A stretch of DNA of 64,000 nt from Candidatus Bathyarchaeota archaeon (GCA_963768425.1 CAVYHV010000022.1:40326-104325), one strand, 5' to 3'; shown: positions 40,533 to 50,848, numbered from the stretch's first letter. The notes: a model not told the origin generated them from the sequence alone. Numbers and translations are program-made.

Positions 40533-41158
40533 ATGTCTGCATATGCCGTAGTGCCTGTAAAGACTCTTTTGAAATCCAAGACGAGACTCTCCAACTTTTT
40601 CACCCTTCAAGAACGGCCCCTTTTCACCCTAGCAATGCTTGAGGATGTCTTGAAGGCACTAAAGTCTTCGAAGGTCGAAAGGACTGTTGTTGTAAGCTCT
40701 GACTCAACAGTCGAGTGTTTAGTGAAAAACTTTGGGATGACTTTTCTCAATGAGACAAAGGTGGGTCTGAACCAAGCGCTCAATCAAGCGGTAAAATGGT
40801 GTGTCAAGAACAAAGCGGAACAGGTTTTAGTCTTGCCTGCAGATGTCCCACTTGTAACATCAAAAGACATAGATCACACTTGTCAAGCTGGCGGTAAACA
40901 ACTCCATGGTTATTTCCCCATCGCGAAACGGCGGAACCAACGCGCTACTGCAAACGCCTCCTGGAATAGTTTCACTCTGTTTTGGACCCGACAGCTTCAA
41001 AAGGCACGTAAGCAAAGCGCAGCGTCAGACATGTTCACACCAAAATCTACGTCTCTTCAACCATCATGTTGGACATCGACTCTGAAACAGATTTAGAACA
41101 ACTCCTCAAGGGGCGAGCACACAGTTCCAAACAGCTTCTTCAACCAAGCTTTGCTTAA
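40533..41158 (+). CDS. cofC: 2-phospho-L-lactate/PEP guanylyltransferase; two apparent frameshifts (near 40877 and 41025)
   Basis: VVPVK...KTRLS, AMLEDVL, GLNQAL and PADVP; shifted frames give GGTNAL, FGPDSFKRH and LDIDSETDL. Confidence 0.88.
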
Positions 41159-41203
41159 GATGCAAAGCATCTTGAAGGAATTGACAGTAAACGCAAAAAA
41201 ACC

Positions 41204-41751
41204 TCATTTCAACTCGAGCTTTTTTACGGTTTCCAAAGGCAAGGTCGTCTTCCCCAATTTTGAAAGTCTGAGGTTCATCAATTTTCACGATAGCTCTGAG
41301 CTCTTCAGGGTCAAGTTGCTGTATTAATTGGGTTAGCTGTTTCTTGGCTACGATCGAAATGCTTCTTAAAAGCATCTTTGTCAGCGTACAGCATGCTCGC
41401 ATAAGCGCAGATTTCACTTTTTTTTAGAAACCACTCAATCTTATTGGTGTAAAAATTAATGTCAAAAGTCACTGGGCCAGCGATGCAACTTTCAGGCTTA
41501 ACGGCATGAACCATACATTTTCCTGTTTTCTTGTCGAAAAAACCGCAAAAAAGAAGCCCATCAACCGAAGGGTAAGAATAGCCTTCTTTAGCAAACGGTT
41601 CTATAAAGCTGATTTTCTGTTTCTGCATGTATTCTTTTAAGATTTTTTTCCTTTTTTCGGTCAGTGGCGGTTTCGCATCTTGACAGCAGCAGACTTTGCA
41701 TCGGCTGCAGACATTGAATGAATAGGTCACTCCTTTGTCGTCTTTAGGCAT
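41204..41751 (-). CDS. YkgJ-family (CxxCxxCC) cysteine-cluster protein; two apparent frameshifts near the 3' end
   Basis: CSRCKVCCC and CGFFD...CMVHAVKPESCIAGP; shifted frames give AKKQLTQLI...DEPQTFKIGEDD/LPLETVKKLELK*. Confidence 0.8.
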
Positions 41752-41766
41752 GGCTTTTTCGCCTTT

Positions 41767-42957
41767 TTAGAAGCAGGGTTCATTATTGGATAGGCATTTA
41801 ATAAGTGTTGAATAAACATCCAAGATTGCTTCATGAAAACTGGTTTTTTCGGCGCGACGACAAACTCTGTCCAAGATGACTTCTGATAGGCTGCCTTTTT
41901 CCAGCCGCTTCTCAACAATCCACAGATATCTTTTTTCATCTGCGTCGGCGTATTCTTTTGCTAGGTCAACGTAGGCTTGGCACACTTGTTTTGCCGTTTT
42001 GCCATTGGGATTGGAGACTTTAGCGTTTAATCCTTCCTTAATGACGGCGTTAAAGTCGTGTACCAACAGGTCGTGTGGTAAAAGCTCGGCTTTCTTCGCG
42101 GCTAACCCTCTTAGAGCTGCACGGATAAAGCAGCTCAATGCAACGTCGGATTTAATGCATTCTTGCTCATCCATCACCCTTACTTCAAGGGCCGAACGAT
42201 CAAAACGGAAAATAACGCCTCTCGAGTTAATCCACTCGCGCCAAAGAATCGTTTTTTCAGCACCGGCTTGAGCTAAATCCTCGGAGTACTGAACGATAAC
42301 GTCATGTTTGTACCTGCTAAATGAGGTTGTGTACTCGGGTACAACGTCCGCTGTTATGGATGGGATTTCCTTCTGGTTAACCTTGTAAAACTGAAGCCGA
42401 TTGTCCCTGTCTGGACCAGCCTTGCCCTCGTAAATGGGGGAGGAAGCGGTGATTGCGGGAAGATAAGCGCACATGTTGGCAAGCAAATTATGCATTTGAA
42501 TCCCGTCTTGCTCTTTTTGATACGGCAGATTCAGGTGGAAGCTTTGGATGTTCAGCCAGCCATGCTGGTTCAGGTTAAAGATTTTGGCGAATTCATTATA
42601 GATTCTTCTGTGGTAATGAGGCCAAACAGCGGTTTCTTCCAGATTAAGCAGGGGATGCATGCCTGTTCCAAGGAGTTTGGCACCGTGTTTCTGCACGATT
42701 TGGCTAAGTGTCAAAACCCCATTCTGCATTGTCTCCTCAAACTCTCCAGGGGATCTAAAAGGAGAGTTGGCTTTCAGTTCCATTACATGCATTTGAAGTT
42801 CTTTGCCAAAGGTGAAGGTTGGTAGTTCAACGAAGTTGATGGTTTTTCCACAGTAGCCTTTGATGATTTTGTCGGATATGGGCAAAGGTTTCAGTTCGCT
42901 ATCTACGAGCGCTAATTCATGTTCTGGTCCAAAGACTTCAAGGGGTTTGTACGTATG
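41767..42957 (-). CDS. glutamate--cysteine ligase family 2 (GCS2) carboxylate-amine ligase
   Basis: The frame extends upstream to TYKPLEVFGPEHELALVD. Motifs include KELQMHVMEL, GMHP, QSFHLN, NSRG and ALEVRVMDEQE. Confidence 0.88.
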   Translation of the reverse strand, partial: HTYKPLEVFGPEHELALVDSELKPLPISDKIIKGYCGKTINFVELPTFTFGKELQMHVMELKANSPFRSPGEFEETMQNGVLTLSQIVQKHGAKLLGTGMHPLLNLEETAVWPHYHRRIYNEFAKIFNLNQHGWLNIQSFHLNLPYQKEQDGIQMHNLLANMCAYLPAITASSPIYEGKAGPDRDNRLQFYKVNQKEIPSITADVVPEYTTSFSRYKHDVIVQYSEDLAQAGAEKTILWREWINSRGVIFRFDRSALEVRVMDEQECIKSDVALSCFIRAALRGLAAKKAELLPHDLLVHDFNAVIKEGLNAKVSNPNGKTAKQVCQAYVDLAKEYADADEKRYLWIVEKRLEKGSLSEVILDRVCRRAEKTSFHEAILDVYSTLIKCLSNNEPCF

Positions 42958-43060
42958 GTTGTGCCTCTTTCTGTTTAGCGTTAAATTAGAATGCGAATAT
43001 GGTGGTAGTTAATCTTAAATATAACTGACGAATAACGCCTTTTGATTAACCTGGTGTACC

Positions 43061-43762
43061 ATGACCGTGTTGGTCGTCTCAAACATCGACCTAACCACTA
43101 AACTTCAAGTAGTGAAGCCCACAACGTTTTTAGACTCCACAATCAAAGAGCCCACACTTAACATTAACAACGAGTACCGTTACCTCAAAACAGGCTACTA
43201 CGTTTCTATGCACGCTGAAATCTTGGGCAACCGCGTGATTCCATCATGCGAAAATATCATTGACTCAAGCAGAACCCCAGTTTTTCTTCTCAGAGCAGCC
43301 AAAGCAGGAGTGCTAACTTTACCCGTCCTCGTCACCGACTCAGTTAAAAAAATAACCAATGAACTCGGCTTCCCAGTGCTGATTTTCGCAGTTAACCCAT
43401 TCATTTACGACGGCTACAAAATAGCCGGCAACAAAAGCGCCCTTTACCGCGCCATGAAAAGCTTAGGCATGAACTACAAATTCGCGGTATGCGCGCAACC
43501 TCTAAGGGGAGAGCTTTCCGCAGTCAAAACATACTTCGGAAAAACCGTTAACCAAGACATTGACATCCAAAAAATCGCTGAAAAAGTATACAGAATTTTC
43601 GGAATTCCAATTTGCAAATTGTACATACAAAAAACTGTTGACAAAGCTTATCTCTGTGGACTACAACCCGTAGATAAAGAGGAGCTTTCCGAACAGGACT
43701 TGAAAATAATATCCAAAGAGGTCTCGCTCATTTCTGAGCAGGGTGAACCCTTCGGTGTCTAA
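43061..43762 (+). CDS. RimK-like ATP-grasp N-terminal (RLAN) domain protein
   Basis: YRYLKTGYYVSMHAE...VIPS. Confidence 0.82.
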   Translation: MTVLVVSNIDLTTKLQVVKPTTFLDSTIKEPTLNINNEYRYLKTGYYVSMHAEILGNRVIPSCENIIDSSRTPVFLLRAAKAGVLTLPVLVTDSVKKITNELGFPVLIFAVNPFIYDGYKIAGNKSALYRAMKSLGMNYKFAVCAQPLRGELSAVKTYFGKTVNQDIDIQKIAEKVYRIFGIPICKLYIQKTVDKAYLCGLQPVDKEELSEQDLKIISKEVSLISEQGEPFGV

Positions 43763-44633
43763 GATCGCGTGCTTTGTTGAGAAATATAATTTTACTGATC
43801 CCCGGGAGGAAGGCGCTCTTCAAAACTTCAAAGCAGCCGCTGAAAAACAGGGAAGCGAATTTCATTTCCTCTTCCGAGAAGACATATCCGAAGTCCCAAA
43901 ATACGACGCGGTCTTCATCAGAGCAACAACCGACCCGTTGAACACGGCTTATGTGGTTTCTAAAACCGCTTGGGAACTGGGTTTGAAAGTCATTGACGAC
44001 CCAGAATCCATCACTATATGCGGAAATAAAATCCATCAGTACGCGCTGTTTGAAAAGTACAATGTTCCACGAATACCGACAATGTTTCTTAACAAGGATG
44101 AGTTGCACCACAAAAAAATCAGCGAAATATTTGATGCACTGGGAAAACCCGTTGTCATAAAGGCGCCTTACACAAGTTTCTCACGTTACGTTGAGAAAGC
44201 CGCCTGCGAAACAAGTTTCCGAGATGTTGCTAAACGCTTCTTCCGAAAATCCGATGTTTTAGCCATTCAAAAGTTTACGCCAACAGCTTTCGATTGGAGA
44301 GTTGGCGTTCTAAACAATGATGTACTTTATGTTTGCAAATATATGATTCCCAAAGGCAAATGGAAACACGGCGCGAAACTCCGAGGCAAACCCACAGTCA
44401 TTTGGGGAAGAACGGTCAGCCTCAGAAAACGAGAGATGCCATCAAGGCTCAGGGAAGTTGCTTTGAAAGCCTGCAGCGTTGTTGGGAAAGGGCTCTACGG
44501 CGTGGACATCAAAGAAGTCGACGGCGACTACGTTGTGGTCGAAGTAAACGACAACCCAAGTATCTACGCTGGCTATGAAGACTCATCTGACCGCGATATT
44601 TACCGAAGAATCATAAACTACCTATCAGAATAG
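43755..44633 (+). CDS. RimK-family ATP-grasp ligase
   Basis: FIRATT, VIDDPESI...NK, VIKAP..SFS, FDWRVGVL, YGVDIK and EVNDNP motifs. Confidence 0.9.
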   Translation: MSKIACFVEKYNFTDPREEGALQNFKAAAEKQGSEFHFLFREDISEVPKYDAVFIRATTDPLNTAYVVSKTAWELGLKVIDDPESITICGNKIHQYALFEKYNVPRIPTMFLNKDELHHKKISEIFDALGKPVVIKAPYTSFSRYVEKAACETSFRDVAKRFFRKSDVLAIQKFTPTAFDWRVGVLNNDVLYVCKYMIPKGKWKHGAKLRGKPTVIWGRTVSLRKREMPSRLREVALKACSVVGKGLYGVDIKEVDGDYVVVEVNDNPSIYAGYEDSSDRDIYRRIINYLSE

Positions 44634-44695
44634 CCCCAGTCGCTAGGCACGTATTTATTTTAATGCTTGTTAATCCAGTGCAAGGAGATCGGGTA

Positions 44696-45676
44696 ATGCC
44701 CAAAAAAGAACATAACGCGCATAAAGAAGCAGTAAAAGACTACGAGCTAACCCAAGAAATGTCTGTGGATGAGCTTGTTCGCCAAATGGATAAGGCATGG
44801 GGTTTTACTGCTGGGAAACTTGCATCTGGCGTTAGCATCATGGAATCCATGATTAACACAAAGGGCTGCGTCAAATTTCTCTCGTTCCCCGCCGACATAG
44901 TAGCCACAGGCACCCGAGGCGTGATCAAAGAATTGGTGAAACGAAAACTCGTTGACGTCCTCATAACAACCTGCGGCACATTGGATCATGATGTCGCGCG
45001 ATGCTGGAAAGACTACTACAAGGGTAGCTTCATAATGAACGATTCAAGGCTTCATCGGGAAGGCTTAAACCGCCTAGGAAATGTGATCGTGCCCAATGAT
45101 AGCTACGGAATAATCATCGAACAGAAAATCCAAGGGCTCCTCCAGGAACTCTATAAGGAAGGCAAACGAGAGCTTTCAACCAGCGAACTCTCTCGGGAAA
45201 TCGGGTTACGCTGCTGCAACGAGAACTCGATTCTTTACTGGGCAGCCAAAAACAATATCCCAGTCTACGTTCCAGGCATAACCGATGGTGCAGTAGGCTA
45301 CCAGCTATGGTTCTTCAGCCAAGACCACCATGACTTTAGAATTAACCTGCTTAAAGATGAAGGAGACCTCAACAACATCATTTTCGACGCTAAAAAAAGC
45401 GGCGCATTAATCGTTGGCGGCGGCATCTCCAAACATCACACGATATGGTGGAACCAATTCAAAGACGGCTTAGACTACGTAGTCTACATTAGCACCGCAG
45501 ACGAATGGGACGGCAGTCTAAGCGGTGCAAGACCACGTGAAGCAGTTTCATGGGGAAAAATCAGCGAAAAAGCAAGGCGCATAATGATTGAGGGCGACGC
45601 CACAGTAATCTTGCCAATAATGACATGCTCCCTTCTAGAAAGGCTAAGCCAAAATAAAAAGGACAAAAAAGAATAG
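44696..45676 (+). CDS. dys: deoxyhypusine synthase (archaeal type)
   Basis: GFTAG, NRLGNV, DGAVG, GGGISKHH and DGSLSGARPREAVSWGK motifs. Confidence 0.93.
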   Translation: MPKKEHNAHKEAVKDYELTQEMSVDELVRQMDKAWGFTAGKLASGVSIMESMINTKGCVKFLSFPADIVATGTRGVIKELVKRKLVDVLITTCGTLDHDVARCWKDYYKGSFIMNDSRLHREGLNRLGNVIVPNDSYGIIIEQKIQGLLQELYKEGKRELSTSELSREIGLRCCNENSILYWAAKNNIPVYVPGITDGAVGYQLWFFSQDHHDFRINLLKDEGDLNNIIFDAKKSGALIVGGGISKHHTIWWNQFKDGLDYVVYISTADEWDGSLSGARPREAVSWGKISEKARRIMIEGDATVILPIMTCSLLERLSQNKKDKKE

Positions 45677-45764
45677 ATGCACCATCTTCGTAACACGTTT
45701 TTCCACACTCATTGAGGAAACTTCGGTTTTTGGCGTAAACCTTAATTTAATGTAAGTTTGTTCT

Positions 45765-46451
45765 TTGTCTATGCAGAGATTGCGCATTTTTCTTTTGATT
45801 CTTGCAATAACATTCATTGTTTTAGTCATCCTTGCTTCGATTTCTTGGTACCTTTCTGTTTCAGCTCCGTCATATTACAGGTCAAGCTGGATAGGTCAAA
45901 TGTGGGGAAGCGTGACGGGCAATAGCTACGGAGGAATGGGAGGCATGATGGGAAACGGCGGTTCCGCCAACTCGTCTTACTACTGGGTAATTCCTGTTGC
46001 TTTGATTGCGACTGTTGCAGTCGCCATAATTGGAGTTAGCTTCTACTTGGTTTTTCCGCAGTTGGGATATATCAAGGGTGAACAATGCAACCCAGAGAAA
46101 ATAGAGCCAAATCCGAGTCTAGTCAAGACCACGATTCCTGCAGCGGCGACCGGGTCATCCATTGCCAGCAACGTTTCAGACGCAGCGAACAGTTGCGATG
46201 TGCTTTTGAAAACGATGACCGTGGAAGAGCAGAAGGTTTTCAGTGTTCTAATGGCGCACCACGGAAAATACCTTCAAAAATACATAGTTAAGGAAGCAGG
46301 ACTTAGCAGGCTCAAAACGCATCGGGTGGTTGCTCGTTTTGCCCAACGAGGCATCGTGACTGTTAAGGAGTTTGGAAACACCAACGAAATACAGCTTTCC
46401 GACTGGGTCAAAGAATCAAAACCCGAGAGTACTAACTGCAGTTTAGACTGA
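45765..46451 (+). CDS. membrane-anchored winged-helix protein
   Basis: Two TM helices around a GGMGGMMG loop; C-terminal EEQKV...QKYIVKEAGLSRLKTHRVV...GNTN. Confidence 0.78.
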   Translation: MSMQRLRIFLLILAITFIVLVILASISWYLSVSAPSYYRSSWIGQMWGSVTGNSYGGMGGMMGNGGSANSSYYWVIPVALIATVAVAIIGVSFYLVFPQLGYIKGEQCNPEKIEPNPSLVKTTIPAAATGSSIASNVSDAANSCDVLLKTMTVEEQKVFSVLMAHHGKYLQKYIVKEAGLSRLKTHRVVARFAQRGIVTVKEFGNTNEIQLSDWVKESKPESTNCSLD

Positions 46452-46578
46452 TCAATGAACTGGGAACCGTCAAAGATGCAAAATATTGGAAATCAAACGT
46501 CAGTCTTTATCTAATTCGGGCGTAATGGTAAAGTAACTCATCAATCCTAAAAATACACTTAGAAGTGCAATAGCCAAT

Positions 46579-47693
46579 TTGTCAGCGCTCAAGCATTTTT
46601 CAACCCGCAAATCTTTCTTCTTCATCTTCATAGGCCTGACTGTTTTCATCCTATACTTGTATTTCTTTGCGGGATTCAAACAAATACTGATAGTCCTAAA
46701 GGGAATAAACCCAGGACAATACGCTTTCTTCTATTCCCTTGCTATAGGCGCAGTTTTGGTCGGCAACTTTTTTTGGCTCGCATCGTGGCGAGCAGTTCTT
46801 AAGCAAGCTCAAAGTCAAGATTAGCTTGAAAAACGCTTTCTTGTACTACTGGACCGGCTACTTCGTTGACCTTGTTGTTCCCTGCGAAACCGTCTGCGGC
46901 GAACTCACAAGATTGTACCTTGTACACAAAGAAACCAATGACAATTACGGAGTCATCGCCGCCGGAGGAATAACGAACCGCATAATAGCCTACCTGATCG
47001 TTGTAACAGGGCTTTTCACAAGCGCAGGGCTTCTCTTCCTAAAATCTAACATTCCAGCAGTCGTGTTAACTGTTTTTATTTTCATCCTTGTCGGAGCGAC
47101 GGCTTACCTCGCGATTCTGCTGTATTTGGCTTTCAGCGAAAAAGCGGCAGGAAGAATTGCGAACTTAGGATTAAGGGTTCTGAAGGTTCTGCGACCTAAA
47201 AAATACCGTTCAAGCAACCTTTCATCTGAGACAAAAGAAAGTCTTAGCCGCCTTTTACTCAGGATTCAAAATCTTCCGCGAAAACCCTAGATATCTAGCA
47301 AAACCGGTCATCTATCTGACAATATCATGGTTGTTTAACCTTTCACAGTATCTTCTGGTCTTTTTCGCGCTTGGCATCTTCAACCAATCTTTCAGCTTCT
47401 TCATCATAATCTATTTTGTTGCCGGATCCTTGACAGATGTCTCTGCCAGTTTCTCGGTGGGCACTCTTGACATACTCTTAGCGACGATTTTTGTGCTCTA
47501 CGGCTTGAACCCAGCTCTTAGCGGAATCACAGCAGCCCTTGTAAGAAGTGTAACTTTCTGGTCCCCGTTGATAATAGGCTATGTAATAGTACAGATCGTA
47601 GGAGCCAAGAACGTACTGGCGCCGCCTCCTCGCCAAGAAAAAAGCAATATCACTGCGCCAAAAGCAGCTAGCGTAATTCCGGGAACCGAATAG
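46579..47693 (+). CDS. lysylphosphatidylglycerol synthase TM/flippase-like (UPF0104) membrane protein; two apparent frameshifts
   Basis: Three consecutive hydrophobic ORFs with SWRAVL, FVDLVVP...GELTR and ALVRSVTFW. Confidence 0.78.
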
Positions 47694-47874
47694 TAGATTT
47701 CAACAACAACATCAACAACAATAGTTTTTTTGGTGTCGTTGTTTACCTTGAATAATCAGAGTTTTGTCGAGTTATGGCGAATAGATTCTTTGGAATTGCT
47801 CACTAAAACTAAAAAATAGAACTTTAAAAACCGATTGTTCGGATAAAAATAGGCTTGACAATAAAGTCAAGAGT

Positions 47875-48939
47875 TTATGTTACGCCTTTGAATAGCCAGT
47901 TCATATCTGGCCCTTTCCGCTTTTCAGGCATTCTCTCGCAAAGTGCATGTGCTATCAACGGCAGCGCAATAGTGGCGTCGCAGTAGCATACTGCTCGTGT
48001 TCCTTCTTGGCTGTTGATTTTGCCCCAACTGATGGCTTCTTCTAGTGTGCAGCCACTTAAGCCGCCCCACTGCTGTGAGTCTGTTGTGATTTGTATGGCA
48101 TATTTGTGCGGGTAGTAGTATTCTTGTAGGCCTTTGCGTAAGCCGCCTTTTCTTCCTTTTACTCCTTGATCCTCAGTAAGCGGTGAAACGGAGATGGCGA
48201 TAAGCTGAGTAAGGTCTTTTGGTACACCACCGCCGATGTAGACGACACCTACGTCTTTAGTTTTTGTACCTATGCTGATGAACTCATCGAATTCCCTAAC
48301 AGAGTCAATGTGCACGCTGTGCCCTTGGTTTTTGGCCATTAGGAATGTTTCGCCATAAGCGCTGTCAACCATAGCTGGACTGAAAATTGGAACGCCGTTG
48401 GCTGCGGCAACGGTGGAGATAGCCGGAATCTTTTTCTTGCCAAGGTACTTGCCGAGCAAATACAGAAATTCGGCTGAGGTGTAGTAGTAGTCGGTTTTAA
48501 GGGTCATAACGAAGTCTGTCACTAATTCTTCCATTTTGCGGTAATCCGTCTCTTTCCCAAAAACATCATAGTACCTGTTTACGTCGGCCTTAAGCAACGC
48601 TGAATCGTCAACCATGTGGCTTCCCTGCCAGTAACCCAAGCCCATTGCGTCAACTATGTCTTCTGAAACGTTGGCGCCGGTGGAAACCAACACGTCAATG
48701 AAGCGGTTTTCCATAAGCCAATTGATAATTGTCCATTGCCCAGCCGTGCTCATTGAGCCAGCGAAACCCATAGCGATAGTAAGTTCTTTTTCTTTAAGCA
48801 TGTTTTCCCAGACATCTACTGCTTCGCCAAGTTTGCGTCCCTGGTAAGCGGTTCTGCTCATTTCTGAAAGAAGCTGAGAAATACTTTTTTGTTTGACTTT
48901 TATTGGTTCAAGTTTCTTTTTAAAGTATGATTCGCTCAT
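47875..48939 (-). CDS. second deoxyhypusine synthase-like protein (possible homospermidine synthase)
   Basis: AYQGRKL, VSTGAN, DSAYG, GGGVPKD and GGLSGCTLEEAISWGK motifs. Confidence 0.88.
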   Translation of the reverse strand: MSESYFKKKLEPIKVKQKSISQLLSEMSRTAYQGRKLGEAVDVWENMLKEKELTIAMGFAGSMSTAGQWTIINWLMENRFIDVLVSTGANVSEDIVDAMGLGYWQGSHMVDDSALLKADVNRYYDVFGKETDYRKMEELVTDFVMTLKTDYYYTSAEFLYLLGKYLGKKKIPAISTVAAANGVPIFSPAMVDSAYGETFLMAKNQGHSVHIDSVREFDEFISIGTKTKDVGVVYIGGGVPKDLTQLIAISVSPLTEDQGVKGRKGGLRKGLQEYYYPHKYAIQITTDSQQWGGLSGCTLEEAISWGKINSQEGTRAVCYCDATIALPLIAHALCERMPEKRKGPDMNWLFKGVT

Positions 48940-49263
48940 CCGCGAACACCCCGTTTTAGATTATTCGGCTTGTATATGAAATTTGTCATACCAAAAAGCT
49001 CCTGACAATGCATATCCAACTGATAATGTCCTTTAAACCCCCTTAACACTCTACCCAATGACATAAAGGCACTGATGCCGAAATCTGTTTTCTCAAAGAT
49101 CCAGCTATTTATCATTGACAAGCTTAATTTGTGATGTGCCATGATGTAAGGGAAACTCTTTGCGCGACTTTTTTTCCATGGAAAAAATGCTTTTCTTAAG
49201 CAACGGTTAAAAGGCAAATGATGCACAAACTAAATAACATCATAGTAAGGTTTGGTCATCAAA

Positions 49264-49884
49264 ATGCAATCTGTTAAAACAGAACAGAAGAGAAAATTCA
49301 TCTCCGTTGACCCAGCTAAGTGTATCGGCTGCGGAATCTGCGAGTACGCTTGCACGGTTGAGAAAGGCGAAGCAATCTGGAACCCTATGAGGTCAAGAAT
49401 CCGTGTTGTCCGCATGGCGCCGGCTTTCAACTTTGCCCTTTCATGTCGAGGCTGCAAGGATGCGCGATGCGTTAAAGCTTGCCCCGAACATGCAATCAGG
49501 CAGACAGAAGATACTGGTTTACTTGTAATCGATAATAAAGCTTGCAAGGGCTGCGACTGGTGCGTTCAAGCCTGCGAGCACGGTGGAATTACCATTAACC
49601 CTGAAACGGGACAAGCCATCGCATGTGACCTATGTCAAGGTGAACCAAAATGCAAGGAAGCATGCCCTGAAGAAGCTTTAGAAATCGTTGAGTCTGATGA
49701 AGCCGCTGACAAACGTTTCAACGAGGCACTGGCAGGTTTGGCGGTCCAATGTGAGCAAATGACCACGATGGCGAAGAACAAAGATTGGAAACCGCTATTA
49801 GCTACTGCCGAGAAACGGTCTGAAAAGGTTTCAGCTACGCTTGAAAAGCTGAACAAGAAGACAATGGAAAAAAGGCAGAAATAA
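49264..49884 (+). CDS. 4Fe-4S dicluster electron-transfer protein (CooF/HycB-like) with a helical C-terminal extension
   Basis: Four Cys clusters: CIGCGICEYAC, CRGC...CVKACP, CKGCDWCVQAC and CDLC...CKEACP. Confidence 0.87.
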   Translation: MQSVKTEQKRKFISVDPAKCIGCGICEYACTVEKGEAIWNPMRSRIRVVRMAPAFNFALSCRGCKDARCVKACPEHAIRQTEDTGLLVIDNKACKGCDWCVQACEHGGITINPETGQAIACDLCQGEPKCKEACPEEALEIVESDEAADKRFNEALAGLAVQCEQMTTMAKNKDWKPLLATAEKRSEKVSATLEKLNKKTMEKRQK

Positions 49885-49890
49885 AAGACC

Positions 49891-50754
49891 CTATTCTTTT
49901 CCTTTTACTCTGTTTTCTTCATAACCCCTTAGGAAACTATCAATATCTAAACCGACCTTTTCGCACGCATATCCGCCCTCCAAGACAAAAAAAGCTGGTT
50001 TTTTCATGTTCGCAACTCTTTTGCCGATCTCCCAGTAATCGTGCTCTATCAGCCCTAAAGTCGCCAGATCACCAACATGAGTGTCAAAGCCGCAGGAAAC
50101 CGCGACGACCTCGACTTTATCGAAATTAACCAGGCACAGGGCTTTATCAAGCGTCTTTAAGTAAAGTTCTCCTCCTGCTTGAGGAGGCAAAACATAGTTG
50201 ATGCAGTTTCCCTCGGTGAAGTCGCCTGTTCCCGGGTAATTCGGTGACTGATGCAGCGAAACGTATGTTACTTTTTTGTTGTCTTGAAATATCTCTTGGG
50301 TTCCGTTTCCATGGTGCCCATCTATATCCAAAATGAGTGTTTTTTTGCATAGTTTTTCGACAGCGATTGCGATGTTGTTGAGGTAGCAGAATCCACGTGT
50401 ATGGACGCCTAATGCGGCGCCGCTTCTGCCAACGTGGTGTCCCGGTGGTCGCATGAGTGAGAAACCATTAGTTTCACTTGCTAGAACTGCTCCGCCGGCA
50501 GAAAGCCTCGCGTACTCGTAGATGTCGGCGTATGCTGGCGTATCGGCGTCTTCAACTAAACCTTTTTTTAATTTCCAGAGGTAATCGGCATCGTGAACAG
50601 CAAGTAGATCATCTTCACAGGCTGGCTTGGGCTCCAAAAAACCGTATCCTTTCTCTTTGAGGATTTCAGATGCAACCTTGACTCTTTGCGGTCCCTCGAC
50701 ATGCCAGGCTCCATAGCCTAAACACTTTTCAGAATAAACTATCGTGGTTTCCAT
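49891..50754 (-). CDS. histone deacetylase/acetylpolyamine amidohydrolase family protein
   Basis: RPPGHH, GFCYLNN, DIDGHHGNGTQ, GFDTH and LEGGY motifs. Confidence 0.92.
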   Translation of the reverse strand: METTIVYSEKCLGYGAWHVEGPQRVKVASEILKEKGYGFLEPKPACEDDLLAVHDADYLWKLKKGLVEDADTPAYADIYEYARLSAGGAVLASETNGFSLMRPPGHHVGRSGAALGVHTRGFCYLNNIAIAVEKLCKKTLILDIDGHHGNGTQEIFQDNKKVTYVSLHQSPNYPGTGDFTEGNCINYVLPPQAGGELYLKTLDKALCLVNFDKVEVVAVSCGFDTHVGDLATLGLIEHDYWEIGKRVANMKKPAFFVLEGGYACEKVGLDIDSFLRGYEENRVKGKE

Positions 50755-50848
50755 CAGTTAAGGCATCCATTACACAGATAAGTAACGATTTAACTTTAAA
50801 AGATAACGAAGCAAAGTTGCCGTCGGAATCAAACGGAGAAAAATAAGA

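Noticed and set aside
42945-42960. Non-canonical start of the GCS2 gene
   Set aside because: CATACG is one base short of CATGACG (Met-Thr) after a GAGG RBS, so a deletion error is the simpler explanation.
43743-43762. RLAN/RimK split as another assembly frameshift
   Set aside because: The second gene has its own GGTGA RBS and GTG start with an 8-nt overlap, so the split looks genuine. It is not fully excluded.
47701-47744. CAA-rich tract with a partially complementary GTT/T tract
   Set aside because: It is low-complexity sequence between convergent genes, at most a terminator-like element.
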